DNA of 63,990 nt, the filler included, from an uncultured bacterium (GTDB lineage: Bacteria > CAYJOG01), in assembly GCA_964371695.1 (NCBI GenBank). It is 5 parts of 5 records of this genome, joined end to end, with 100 filler letters (N's around TTAATTAATTAA, not from the genome) between each part and the next. Parts side by side here need not be neighbours in the genome. Positions count along the whole stretch, not along the records: positions 14,823 to 29,458 come from CAYJOG010000022.1; positions 29,559 to 44,067 come from CAYJOG010000023.1; 3 more parts are not named here. One strand, 5' to 3'. A program made the position numbers and the translations under genes. Below the pieces are notes generated by a model that worked only from the letters and a program-made list of their open reading frames with translations, had not been told where the DNA came from and ran no database searches. Positions 19,754 to 31,831 of the stretch are shown piece by piece (positions within the stretch are counted from its first letter, which is position 1; each line of letters opens with the position of its first letter).

Positions 19754-22700
19754 CTACATGAACAACACGGCGTCCCGCGCCAGATTCACCGTGCCGGTAA
19801 ACCGCAGCTTCTGGGCCGTGCCGCCGGGGCCGGTGAGTCCCTGGGCCAGAATGCGCAGTGTGCCGTGGCCCTGAAACAGGTCTGGAATGTCCAGCGGCGC
19901 GTTCTCGGCGCTCAGGCTGGCCGAGAGAAAAACCAGTCCGGGTTTGGGCCGCAGCAGGGCCCCCAGGCTGGCTTCTCCCGCCACCGTGGCCCGCGCCCCC
20001 TTGCGCTCTACCTCGCCCGACAGCACGATCTGGCCGGGCAGGATGTCCTTGCCGGGGGCGGGGCTGGGGGTGAAGAGGGCGCGGGCGTGGCCGCCTTCCA
20101 CCAGTGGCCAGTCGCCGCCGGTGACGCTCACCATGGGCTGGTCAAAATCCACCACCCCCGCCAGCACCGGCTGGGCCGGTGTGCCGGTGATCGTCACCTG
20201 ACCGTGGGCGGGCAGCGACATCGAGAGTTCCGGCGGCAGGGCGCTTACCCACTGGGCGAGATCGGCGTCTTCCAGCGACACGCTGAGAGAAAGCTGGCCG
20301 TGGCGGTCCAGCGGGGCCTCGCCGGTGATGGACAGCTCCCCCCGGCCCCGCTTCAGCCGCAGGGTGTGCAGCGTGGCCCGCTGGCCGGTCACAGACACCG
20401 ACACTTCGCCGGCATCGGCGGTCAAAAGGCCCGCAACGGGGGTGTCCAGGCTGGCCCGCAGGTTTAGCTGGGTGTCTTCATTTTCGCGGGTTTCCACCAG
20501 CATTTCGCCGCCCACCTCGCCAGAGAGCGGCGCGCTGAGCGAAAGCGCCGTGGCCACCAGCGAGAGGGGCACGTTCTCAAAGGTCCAGCGTAGCGTGCCA
20601 AAAGACTCGCTCAGGGCACCCTCAGCCCGCACCAGCAGCCGTGAGCCAGACAGACTGAACTCCCGCAGGTGCAGGGTGTCGCCCACGCCCTCCAGGGCCA
20701 GTTGAAAAGCCCCCAAAGGCTCGCCCCGCAACCGCAGGTCCGGAGCCTCGACCGAGCCGGTGAGTGTGGCCGGGCTGCCGTTTTGCTGGTAACTCAACCG
20801 GCCCCCGGCCACGCCTGAAAGCGCCCCCACGCCGGGGGGCAGGGGCGTGGCAGAAAACACCGGCGCGGCGGCCACCACCAGGGCCAGGTCCATGGCCCGA
20901 AGGGTCAGGTCCAGATGGCGCTCACCCGCCGGGTCAAAGGCCCAGAAGCCCCCCAGCTCGGCGCTGCCTTTGCCCTCTCGCAGGGTCAGTCCCTCCAGCG
21001 TCGCGCCCTGTTCGTTCAGGCTCAGGCTGCCCCGCAGGCGGGCGGTGCGGCCGGGGGCGATTTTCAGCCCCGCCACGTCCCGCAGGCTCAGGCGCAGCAA
21101 GGGGTCGTCCAGCGTGCCGGAAATCTCACCCCGGCTTTGCAGAATGCCTCCCAGGCTGGTGGCCGCAATCTGCGGGGCCAGCAGGGTGAGATCGCCCACG
21201 CTGGCGCTCAACACACCAGCCAGTTCACCCGCGCTGTTCACCGCCAGGGTAAAGACGCCTTCGTTGACGCCTTTGGTGGGGTTTTCCAGCCGGGTTTCTC
21301 CCTGCACCAACGCCGCGCCACGGGCATAGGCCACCCGCCAGCTCACCGAGGCTTCCACCACGTTGGTGGAGGCTTCAAAGGGAGTCCTGGGGAACCAACT
21401 GGTCTGGCCAATCCAGTTCAGGCTGGCGTTTTCTTCGCCGGGGTTTTCCACCAGGGCCATCGGCCCCTGAAAGGTGGGAGTGCGCAACTGGCCCACCTGC
21501 CCCCACACGCCTTGCGCATGTCCGCTGGCCAACACCTGAGGCTCTTCGATGGGGCCGGAGACCTGCACCTGAAGGGAGCTGATGAGGGGAAAATAGGCCA
21601 GTCCATCAAGGGCGCTGGCGGAGAGAGGCAGGGCGTCATAAGAAGCCGCCGGGGCATGGAACTGGCCTTGAATGGCCCGCTTTTGAGGGTCAACCAACAG
21701 GTCTCCCTGAAAGAATGTTTCCCGGTGCAGCGCCAGCACCGTGGGCAGACGCCACAGGCCGTCCTCTTGCTGGCCCTGTGCCAGCAGGCGGGTCTGGCCA
21801 AAATCGCCCCAAAAAACCTTGCCCACCATCACGCCCCGCAGGCGGTTTTTCACCCCCACCGCCGCCACCGAAAACACGCCCCCCTTCAACTCGTCGGGCA
21901 GGCTTTTCACAAAACCGGCCTGCACCGCCTGATGGGGGGTCAATCCCCGCCCCACCGTGGCCAGAACGGGGGTCTGGCGGGCCGAAAAAACAGCCACGTC
22001 AAACCGCCCGCCCTGCTTTGGAACCACCGTGGCGCGAGCGCGGTAAACAGGTTTCTCTTTGGGGGGGAACTGCACTTCCACTGCCCCCCTGGCCATGGCT
22101 GAAACCCCCTGATAATGCACCGCTGCGGGGGCCATGCTCAGACTGGCCCTGGCCCCCCCGACCCGTGAGAAAAAAGCCCCCTGAAAACGCCCCAGACGGG
22201 GTGGCAAAAGGNNNNNNNNNNCAAAAGGGCCGTTTCATCCTTGCTCAAAAAAGCCCCCATCAGGCCCTTTGCTTCGCCGGAAAGAGGTTGTTCCGGCCCT
22301 GCGACAGAGACAAAAACACGGCCTTCTGTGGCGTCCAGAACAGCCCGGCCAAACACCTTTTGTCCCCGCAAATTGGCTGTGAAACCAGAGAGTTTCACGG
22401 CGCTTTTCTGAAGCCGTCCGTGGGCCACCAGACCCATCCTCGGAAAGCCCTTCCCTACCCGTGAAACATTTGCGTGAAACATTCTCAGGGAGGGCCTGTA
22501 GGCCCCCTCGAAGCGCAATGTTTCACGAAGTTCCACGACTGGGTTTTCGCCATAAATCCAGGTTGAAAAATCGCCGCGTGGAACATTCGTGAAACCAAAC
22601 GCGGCGGGGAACTTGGCCTGGCCTTTCAGGGCCAAAAGGCCATCCTTGAAATGAGCCTTTTGAAGCCGCATGTCCAGGCTGATGCCCTGGTTGCAGCGCA

Positions 22701-23802
22701 GGCTGGAAAGGTCGATTTCGGGGCCTGTCGGGTGCAGGTCAACCCGCGCCCCCTGATGGCGACACACCACCGGCAAGTGGCTGGCTTCGGTGAGTTCCGC
22801 CACCGCCCCAAAAGCGCGGGACAACCCCAGCGTGCCCCCCAGGCAAGAGCCGGGGCTGGTGCTGAAAGTGTGGCCGTCAAACCGCACCTTTTTATTCTCA
22901 CAAATCACCGAGCCATAGGCGGTGCGCAGCCGCCCCCAGGCGTTGTCCAGCGACAGGTCATAGGCCACGGGTTTGCCGGGGTCATAGGCCACTTCAAACG
23001 TGCCCCCGGCGGCCATGGCCACCAGCCCCCGATAATCGGGATGGGCGGGGGTGAGATTCAGGTCATTCAGTAATGGGTCCAGCCGCAGGCCCTTGGCCCA
23101 GCCCTTGCTGCTCAGCGCCCAGATGTCCAGATTCAGGTTCAGCTTGGCCTCGGCCTCGCCCACCCAGGGGTTGTGAAACGACAGGTCCGCCGCCAGCCGG
23201 TTGCCGGGGTGCTGCACTACGTCGGCGTAATCCACGGTGACCTGCCAGGGCCGCGCCCGCAGGGGGGCATGCACCGACAGCCGCACGTCGCTCATCTGCA
23301 ACAGGGGCCATTGGCTGGCGGCCTGCTGGTGGGTGGGCCGCTTCAGCCCCGGCAGCAGCAAAGACCCATCGGCCCGCTGATGCAGATGCACCTGACCGCC
23401 CTGCAGCAATAGTTTTTTCACCGGCTGGCCCGGCTCACCCCGCCACATTTTCAACAGCGCCCCCGTGTCCAGGGCGATCTGCACTTCATCCAGTTCCACC
23501 ACCGGCTGGCCGTGGCGGCTCAGGTGCAGGTCCTTCAGGCGCAGCGCGCCGTTCCAGTCCACCTGCACCGACCCCAAACGGCCTTCATAACCCGCCTGAC
23601 GCGAAAGGGCGCGCACCTGCTGCTGAAACACGATTTCGGCGGTTTTCTCCAGGCTGGCGCGCCCCCAAGCATAAAGCCCCAGGCCGCCGCCCACCACCAG
23701 AAGGCCCGCCACGCCCAGCCACCCGGCGGCCTCGCCAAACAGTGAGGGGGTGTCTTCATCCACCTGTTGCCAGGGGATTTCGGCGCTGAGTGTGCCGGGC
23801 AT
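19754..23802 (-). CDS. TamB/AsmA-like inner-membrane-anchored beta-rich protein, spanning the 10-N gap
   Basis: N-terminal TM helix then beta repeats (GEISGTLDDP). CAAAAGG is duplicated on both sides of the gap at 22212-22221; collapsing it fuses the two ORFs in frame (KDETALL-PPRLGR). Confidence 0.75.
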
Positions 23803-23990
23803 CAGCAGTCCTCGCGGGCAGGGTTTTTATTGATGTCGAGCCTTTTTGACACCTTCGCCATGTCCACGGTTTTTCAGTATGAAGCGGCTGGGGTCAAGAG
23901 ACCAGAGGCAGGAGATTGGAAGGTAGCGGTTGGAAAAAGGATAACGGCCGCCGATGCCAAAACGGCCTGAATGTGCATCGGTCATATCCG

Positions 23991-24020
23991 TTAACAGGGT
24001 GCTTATCAACACCCTGTTAA
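23991..24020. repeat. 30-bp palindrome overlapping the hrcA stop
   Basis: TTAACAGGGTG-N8-CACCCTGTTAA; related copy at 40653-40682 and half copy at 18920-18935. Confidence 0.7.
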
Positions 24021-25018
24021 ATCAGGTTCTCAGACCACTGGCGGCCCAGGCTGGTCAGCGCCATGGCCTGGGCATAGGGCAGGCGTTTGGGGCCAAGCAG
24101 CAGGGTGAGACAGCGCACGCCGGGGGTGGGTTCGGCCAAGGTGCGCACACTGGCAAAGGGGCCAAGGGGGGCCATGGCCATTTCACTGCCAATCAGCACC
24201 TGCGAGATCGCCGCCGGGCCTTCGCCAAAGCGTTGCCCCATTTCTTCCAGCAAAGTTTCGTCCAGTTCCCGCGTGTCGGCGGGGGGCAGGCCCCGCATGA
24301 GCTGGCCCAGTCCGCGCATCTGCATCTGCCGCCTGGCCCGACCCCCCGCCAGCAACTCCCGCGCCCGCACCAGAGACAACCGCAGCAGGCGGCGTTCATC
24401 CAGGGCGATGGTGTTGAGCAGTTCTTCCACGTCCGCCTCTGAAAGCGCGCTCAGGGTGGCGTCCAGCAGGCATTCGCGCAGGCGCTGGGCCACGCGCCCA
24501 ATCAGCGCCGCCGGGGCGCTCTGGTCCAGCTTCAGGCGTGCGCTCACCACCGGCGCGCCCCGCAGGCCCAAGATCAAGAGCGCCTCGTGGGGGTTGACAT
24601 AAGAAAGGTCCACATGCTCCAGCGTGGCGGTTTCGGTGACATGCAGGGCCACCAGACACAACAGGCCGCTGGCCTCACTCAGCCCCTGGGCCAGGGCCTG
24701 CAAAAAAACTTCCAGGGAGTCTTCCATGTGGGCCATGAGGTGGTGCAGCCACTGCTGCTGATCAGGCGTGGGGGCCGCCGGGGCAAGGCGGTCCACAAAA
24801 AACCGCAGGCCCTGATCGGTGGGCACCCGCCCGGCGCTGGCGTGGTGCTGGGCGAGATAACCCATGTCACCCAGGGCCATGAGTTCGCCCCGCAGCGTGG
24901 CCCCGCTCAGCGCGCCGCCCATCATTTCTCTCAGCCGGGCGCTGCCCACCGGCTCACCGGCGTCCAGATACTCCTGCACCAGCAGGGCAAGGGCTTGCTC
25001 CTGACGGCGGGTGAGCAT
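24017..25018 (-). CDS. hrcA: heat-inducible transcription repressor
   Basis: LTRRQ..L..LVQEYL..GEPVGS..SGATLR..L..MGYL.Q.H.SAGRVPTD.G.R.FVD; C-term LGPKRLPY. Confidence 0.92.
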   Translation of the reverse strand: MLTRRQEQALALLVQEYLDAGEPVGSARLREMMGGALSGATLRGELMALGDMGYLAQHHASAGRVPTDQGLRFFVDRLAPAAPTPDQQQWLHHLMAHMEDSLEVFLQALAQGLSEASGLLCLVALHVTETATLEHVDLSYVNPHEALLILGLRGAPVVSARLKLDQSAPAALIGRVAQRLRECLLDATLSALSEADVEELLNTIALDERRLLRLSLVRARELLAGGRARRQMQMRGLGQLMRGLPPADTRELDETLLEEMGQRFGEGPAAISQVLIGSEMAMAPLGPFASVRTLAEPTPGVRCLTLLLGPKRLPYAQAMALTSLGRQWSENLI

Positions 25019-25193
25019 GGCCAGTTCATTGTCCCGCAACCGAACCATAAAACCAATGCGGCCCCAATAGCAGACACAAAAATCCGTTTTTTCTGGCCAC
25101 AGGGGCACGGGGGGGTACAATTCTTTGCGCCAGCCCCCCTCAACTCTGCTGGCGTAACATATTTGACCGGTCGCCGGTCAGTGGGAGGCCACA

Positions 25194-28100
25194 TTGTCAG
25201 CACCCATCTCCAAGCCCATTGCACGAGCCAGAAGCATTTGCCGTGGTTTGTTCTGGACAGGATTTGTGACTGTCCTTGCCATCACCCTTCAGGCTCCTCA
25301 GGCTTTGGCCGGTGTGTTGCCCGTCCCGCTTTCGGCGGCTACGTTCCAGAACCCCCGCCCCCATGTGGTCAATCTCACCGATGTCCACATGTTCGACGCC
25401 AACATCGGCTTTGCGTCGGGGGCCAACGGTGTGCTGCTCAAAACCACCGACGGCGGCGTGAGCTGGACCACCGTGAACAACCCGGGCCTGGAAAGCAACT
25501 ATTCCATCACCGACCTGCACTTTCCCACCAGCACCTTTGGTGTGGCGGTGGGGCAAAACGGCCTGGTGATGACCTGGGACAGCGCCACGGGCGTGTGGAC
25601 CCAGCAGATCAGCGGCACGGGCACCTCGATGGACGCCGTGTTTTTCATCGACAACACCACCGGCTGGGCCGTGGGCATGTTGGGTGAGATCATCCACACC
25701 ACCAATGGCGGCGTCTCCTGGACGCCCCAGACCAGCGGTGTGACGTCCTACACCCTGACCGGCGTTTATTTTGTGGACGCCAACACCGGCTGGGCGGTGA
25801 GCGACGGGGGCGACATCATCAACACCACCGACGGCGGGGCCACGTGGTCGCTTCAGAGCAATGATGCGTCCTGGGTGTCCGTGCAGTTGCCGCGGAGCGC
25901 CAGTGTGGTGAGCTTTCCCCTCTTTGACATCACCTGCGGGGACGCCCTCACCTGCTGGGTGGTGGGGAGTGATGAAATCATCGGAGTGAGCACCGATGGG
26001 GGTGTGACCTGGACACAGCAAAACGGCATGGCGCTGGGCAGCAGCTTGTCCCGCCTGAAGTTCACCTCGGCCACCGAAGGCTGGGCCATTGGCGAGACCC
26101 TGCTGCTCTACACCAACGACGCCGGAACCACCTGGAGTCCCGAACCCCTTCCCTCCGGGGTATACAACAGCCTCGCCGCCATCAATGGCCTGGAGCTGTG
26201 GATTGTGGGTTACGACACCCTCAATGGCATGCACAGCGTGGTGGCCACCAGCAACGATGGGGGGCTCAACTGGACAGACCTGGGGGTGTTCACCAACTCC
26301 GCCGGACTGATGGATGTGCAGATGGTGAACGGCAACAACGGTTATGCCGTGGGTGTGACGGGGACGGCCCTGAAAACCAACGACGGCGGTGTCAACTGGA
26401 TGCCCCTGACCACGGGCATCGTGTCTGAAACCCTGAACGCCGTGGATTTCCCCCTGGACGAGTTCACCGGCTGGGCTGTGGGGGACATGGGCGCGATTTT
26501 GCAGACCACCGACATGGGCGGCACCTGGAACCCCCAGACCAGCGGCACCGGCGAGACGCTTTTTGGCGTGGACATGCTGAACAACACCACCGGCTGGGCC
26601 GTGGGCGGCATGGGCACGATTCTTTACACCACCGACGGCGGAAGCACCTGGACACCCCAGACCAGCGGCACCAGCATGCCGCTCAACGATGTGCAGGCGC
26701 TGGACGCCAACAATGTTTATGTGGTGGGCGACACCGGCACGGCCCTGCAGACCACCGACGGCGGAACCACCTGGACACCCGTCACACTGCCCCTGAGCTA
26801 CAAGGGCGGCGCGGTTCATTTCGCCGATTCCAACACGGGTTATCTGGCCATGGCCATGGGCGCCATCCTCAAAACCACCGATGGCGGGGCCAACTGGACA
26901 GCCCTCAGCACGGGCATTGGTTATGACATCAACGATATCGCCTGCGTGAGCGCCGACGTGTGCGCGGCGGTGGGGGCCACCTCGCAGATTCTCAAGACCA
27001 CCGACGGCGGAACCACCTGGGCTGCCGCGACAGCCCTGGATTACGGCGCACTGACCGCTGTTTCTGTCGTGCCCGGCGGCCTGAATCCCTTCTGGACCGT
27101 GCACAGCGGCAACGGCTGGATATTGAAAGACGAGCTGGGTTATGTAGACGGCACACCCCCCGGCGACGTGACGAACCTGACCGCAGCGCCTTTTTCCACC
27201 GACACCACCACACTCACGGCCAGCTTTGACCCGGCCACCGACCCCGAAAGCGGCATTGCCGAATACAGCTATTCCATCGGTACCACCCCCGGCGGCATTG
27301 ACGTGGTGGACTGGACCACCAATGGTCAAAGCACCGCCATCACCGCCACGGGCCTCTCCCTCACACAGGGTCAGACTTATTTCATCAACGTGCGGGCCAA
27401 AAACGGCGTGGGCATGGAAAGCAACGTTGTGAACGCCTCCACGGTGATTGACACCACGCCGCCCGACGTGCTTGTAGAGGTGTTTGACGGCGTGAGCACC
27501 GGCGTGGATGAAGACACCACCACCAGCACCACCCAGCTTGACTTCAACTGGGCGGCCTCTGCCGATGCCGAAAGCGGCGTGACCGGTTATTGGGTGAGCG
27601 TGGGCACGACTCCCGGCGGCAGCGACGTGCGCCCCGCCCTGCTGATCACCAATCCCTTTTATACCCAGGTGGAACCCTTGACCGTGGGGGTGACCTATTA
27701 CGCCACGGTGCAGGTGCAGAACGGCGCAAACCAGCTCAGCACCGCTGTCACGTCAGACGGCATCACCGTGGTGACAGCCGCCGACACCGCTCCTCCCGCC
27801 GCCGGTTCCATCAACTACGCCGATGGCCTGAACACCAGCGGCAGCATCACGCTGGACCTTGTGGCCGGTTATGACAACGAAGGCCCGTTGAGCGCGTCTG
27901 GCACGGTGACACAGGCCACGGCCACCTTTGATGGCGCAACCTGCGGAACGTTCACCACTTTCGCCAGCATCATGCAAGTGGATATTCCGTCAACACCTGT
28001 GCGGAAGGCAGGCAAGCGCTCCGCCGCCATTGCCACCCCGCCGCTGCAGGTGGAAATCACACCGCTGGAGGCAGGAACCTGTTACATGTTCCAGTGGGAA

Positions 28101-29458
28101 GTGGGCGACATATCGGGCAACGTGGCCACCTACACGTCGTCGTCGGTGGTGCAACTGGCCCCGCTGCCCCCGCCGCCTCCGCCGCTTTCTATTTCGGCGC
28201 TTTATGACGGCCTGAGCGGCGACGACGTGGATTACACCACCAGTCTGGACACCCTCACCGCCCACTGGACAGCCCCGCCCACCGAAGCCGGAACCGTGAC
28301 GGCCTACACCGTGGGTGTGGGCACCGCCGCCGGTCTCAACGACATTCTTTCCACCAGCGCGGCCGCCACCGATACCCAGGTGACGCTCAGCGGATTTTCT
28401 CTGGTGCAGGGCAGCACCTATTTCATCAATGTACTGGCCAACGACAGCCAGGGCCCCGGCCCCGTGACGAGCACCGACGGCATTACCGTGGACAGCACCC
28501 CTCCCTCACCGGTGGGGGCCGTCACCGGTTATGCCTATTTCAGCCCCAGCCAGAGCATGGGCGGCCAGTGGGTGGCTTCCTCTGACACCGAAAGCGGCGT
28601 CACGGGTTATTCCATCAGCGTGGGCACCACGCCGGGCGGCAGCGACGTGCTCGCGGGCGTGGTGGTCACCGGCAACACCTACACCAACACCAGCCTCACT
28701 CTCGCCATCGGCACGACCTATTACCTCACGGTGCAATCCGTGAACGGCGCGGGCCTGTTGGGCGAGGCCGTGACCTCGGCGGGTTTCCCCCCCGTGGAAC
28801 AGCCTGCCGCCGACACCACGCCGCCCACAGCGGTGAGCGGCCTGAGTGGCGTGGCTTATACCGTGCCCAGCCATGGTGTGGACGCCTCGTGGACAGCCGC
28901 CGACGACCCGGAGAGCGGCGTCACCGGTTATTCCATCAGCGTGGGCACCACCCCCGGCGGTGACGATGTGATCGCGTCTGCCCAAACCACCAGCACCACC
29001 TTTTCCACACCCGATGTCACCCTCACGCTGGGTGTGACCTATTACGTCACCGTGCAGGCCATCAACGGCGAAGGACAACTGGGCGAAGCCGTGACCTCGG
29101 CGGGCATTTTGCCCACCAACGGCTCCACTTCGGCAGACAACACGCCCCCCACGGCGGTGAGCAACCTCACCGGTTTTGCCTACACCAATCCCAGCCACAG
29201 CATTGGCGCGGACTGGGACGTGGCCGACGACCCGGAAAGCGGCGTGACGGGATATTCCGTCAGCGTGGGCACCACGCCGGGCGGCAGCGACGTGCTGGCG
29301 GGTGTGTTCACCACACTCAACGGTTTTTCCAGCGCCGAGGTGTCCCTGATGCTGGACGTGCCCTATTACGTCACCGCGCAGGCCATCAACGGCGAAGGAC
29401 AACCGGGCGAAGCGGTGACCTCTGCGGCCATTCTGCCGTTGAACGGCACACCCAGCCC
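25194..29458 (+). CDS. large secreted protein: YCF48/BNR beta-propeller repeats + FN3-like repeats (partial)
   Basis: Signal peptide (..APQALA), many T.DGG.TW Asp-box repeats, and repeats of D.ESGVTGYSISVGTTPGGSDV. Truncated at the contig end. Confidence 0.88.
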
Positions 29459-29558
29459 NNNNNNNNNNNNNNNNNNNNNNNNNNNNNNNNNNNNNNNNNN
29501 NNTTAATTAATTAANNNNNNNNNNNNNNNNNNNNNNNNNNNNNNNNNNNNNNNNNNNN
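29459..29558. other. artificial contig linker
   Basis: N-TTAATTAATTAA-N. Confidence 0.98.
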
Positions 29559-29576
29559 ATATGAACGCAGGCAGGA

Positions 29577-29602
29577 CCACAGGCGGGGACGCCTGTGGCT
29601 AC
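29577..29602 (-). repeat. single GTAG-type REP palindrome
   Basis: Reverse complement reads GTAG-CCACAGGCG-TCCC-CGCCTGTGG. Confidence 0.7.
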
Positions 29603-29695
29603 TCGCGCCACCAAGTCAATGCTCTACCATTTCCGAAAATACTCTAAAACAGGCTCAAAGGGCGGCGGGGTGGTTCATCCGTTACAATCCACTTA

Positions 29696-30415
29696 ATGTC
29701 ACCCGGTTTTGTTGACTGTCCGCAATGTGGCCATCAGGTGGCCGAGGGCAAGAACTTTTGCTCGAAGTGCGGCTTTCGCATTGCCCGCGCGCCGGTGCAG
29801 GCCGCCCCGCAAAAAGAAGACGACCTGTTTCAGGACGTGGCCAGCCAGTTGTTCGCCCTGGAGGCGAAAAAGGTAGAGCCGCGCCAGGTGAAAGAAGAAG
29901 AAGAAACCCACTACTACCACCGGGAAGCAAAAAAACGGCTCATCCGCAACACCGGCCCCCTGCGGGTGCTGATTTACAGCCTATTGGCAGTGGTGCTGGT
30001 GGTTTATGCCTGGGGCATGATCATTCGCCTGGGGTCTGTCACCCACCGCCGCAACGCCGAAGAACTCATGCGCAGCGCCGAGGCCGCCGCCGCCGCCGAG
30101 GGGGTTCCGTTGGCCGCCGTGCCCAAGCTGGAGGACGCCATCACGGTGGACCCCGCCTATCCGCTGCCCTATTTCAAACTGGCGGAAATCTATACCCAGA
30201 GCGGTCAGAACGAAGTGGCGTGGTGTTATCACCACATGGGCAACGCCGCCCAGCAGCAGGATGAACAGGATAAAAAAATCCACCTGATGATCTTTCGCCG
30301 CATCAAAAACCTCTTTAAACGCAAAGAAGAAAACGCCCTTGTTTTGACTGGCCCCAGGGCCTGCCTGCCGCAGGACGCGAGCGCCGAGCCGGAAAGGCCC
30401 AAGAGCAACCTGTGA
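29696..30415 (+). CDS. zinc-ribbon, single-TM, TPR-containing protein
   Basis: CPQCG..FCSKCG, one TM helix, and a TPR-like segment AITVDPAYPLPYFKLAEIY. Confidence 0.8.
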   Translation: MSPGFVDCPQCGHQVAEGKNFCSKCGFRIARAPVQAAPQKEDDLFQDVASQLFALEAKKVEPRQVKEEEETHYYHREAKKRLIRNTGPLRVLIYSLLAVVLVVYAWGMIIRLGSVTHRRNAEELMRSAEAAAAAEGVPLAAVPKLEDAITVDPAYPLPYFKLAEIYTQSGQNEVAWCYHHMGNAAQQQDEQDKKIHLMIFRRIKNLFKRKEENALVLTGPRACLPQDASAEPERPKSNL

Positions 30416-31728
30416 CCATGACCCAGCAACTCACCAAACGGTTCATCATGTTTTGTGTGCTGTTGTCGGTGCAGGTGTTCAGCACCAGTTACCTGATTTT
30501 TTCGCTGGTGCTGCAGGGTGAAAAAAGCCAGGTGGTGGCGCTGTTGGTTTTCCTGTTTTCCACCGGCGTGATCATGGCCATTGTGGTGGCCATGGCCGGG
30601 GCCATGGCGCGGCTGTCGCTGGCGCCGGTGGCCCAACTGGCCGAGCGGGTCAAGGGGGGGCTGGACAAGCAGGACGAAGTGGATGAATCCCTGCCCGGTG
30701 CGCCGGAGCTGGAGGAAATCCTGCGCCACTACAACCAGCTGGTGCGCCAGTGGAAGGCCGCCCAGTTGGAGATGTTCCTGATCGGCGGCATTTTTGATGA
30801 ACTGCACCGCATCAAGAACGACGACTCACCCTTTCAGGTTTTCCGCCTGCTCAACCGCATCATGGACGGCCTGAAAAGCGCCAGCCACTTTGACCGCCTG
30901 ATGGTGTTGCTGCGCGAAGACGGCCAGCTCGCGGCGCGTCTGGCCATTGGTTACGCCACCCACGCCGAGGGGGCCGTGCTGGGGTTTGGCGCAGAAAACC
31001 CGGCGGTGAAAGAAGCCTTCACGGGCCGCTGCATGATGAAGCTGGAAAACACCCAGGCGGTGACAGAGGGCCTGGGAGAATATGTGAACCGTTTTGGCGA
31101 GGCCGCCTGCGCCGTGGTGGTGCCCATGTGGAACCGGGGCGAGATCATGGGCTTTTTTGTGGCCGACACCGCCACGGGCGCACCGCTGGATGAAGCCCGC
31201 CTGCACGCGCTGCTGGTGCTCTCCAACTTTCTGGGCTTCACGTTTGAAAAGCTGGAGATATTGCGGCAAATCCGCAATCTGGCGAACTTTGACGAAACCA
31301 CCCACGCCTACAACCGCAAATACTTTCTGTCCCGGCTTGAGGAAGAAGTCAAAAAAGCGGGCCGCTACAAGCAGGAGTTCAGCCTGATCATGGTCAAGGC
31401 CAACCCCTATCACCACCTGGTGAAAAACCAGGGGTTTGAAAAAGGAGAAGACCTGGCCCGGCTGGTGGCGAGTTATGTGATGGCCCATGTGCGCGAGGTG
31501 GACCTGCTGTGCCGTTATCAGGAAGACACGTTTCTGTTGCTGTTGCCCGCCACCGGAGACGAGGGCGGCAGCATTCTGGCGGGGCGATTGCAGGAGGGGC
31601 TTCAGGGCATGGTGCGCCTGGGAGCAGAAGACGGCGCATTGCCGGTTATCGTCAGCCGGGCGACTTTTCCGCACCAGGGGGCCACGATTGGCGCTTTGCT
31701 TCACAAGTTGATGCTGCACGGCGAGTAA
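30412..31728 (+). CDS. membrane GAF + degenerate GGDEF protein
   Basis: Two TM helices, HAMP-like segment, GAF; DETT..YNR.YF..RL; active-site motif replaced by YQEDTF; RxxD (REVD) retained. Confidence 0.85.
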   Translation: MTMTQQLTKRFIMFCVLLSVQVFSTSYLIFSLVLQGEKSQVVALLVFLFSTGVIMAIVVAMAGAMARLSLAPVAQLAERVKGGLDKQDEVDESLPGAPELEEILRHYNQLVRQWKAAQLEMFLIGGIFDELHRIKNDDSPFQVFRLLNRIMDGLKSASHFDRLMVLLREDGQLAARLAIGYATHAEGAVLGFGAENPAVKEAFTGRCMMKLENTQAVTEGLGEYVNRFGEAACAVVVPMWNRGEIMGFFVADTATGAPLDEARLHALLVLSNFLGFTFEKLEILRQIRNLANFDETTHAYNRKYFLSRLEEEVKKAGRYKQEFSLIMVKANPYHHLVKNQGFEKGEDLARLVASYVMAHVREVDLLCRYQEDTFLLLLPATGDEGGSILAGRLQEGLQGMVRLGAEDGALPVIVSRATFPHQGATIGALLHKLMLHGE

Positions 31729-31831
31729 CCCGAAACCGGCGAACCAAATATAAGCCACAGAGGAATTCACTCTCATCCCAAGATAAATGAAATCTTGAAT
31801 TAATTGCTGGTTGAGAGTGATACTTCGGCTG

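Noticed and set aside
22138-22221. Two separate overlapping AsmA-like genes
   Set aside because: A 7-bp duplication across the 10-N gap explains the frame change, so this is one gene.
25019-25193. CIRCE operator near hrcA
   Set aside because: No TTAGCACTC-N9-GAGTGCTAA match is visible.
28590-29430. CRISPR array or DGR template/variable repeats
   Set aside because: The repeats are in-frame coding FN3-like units. There are no spacers, no cas or RT gene, and no adenine-specific variation.
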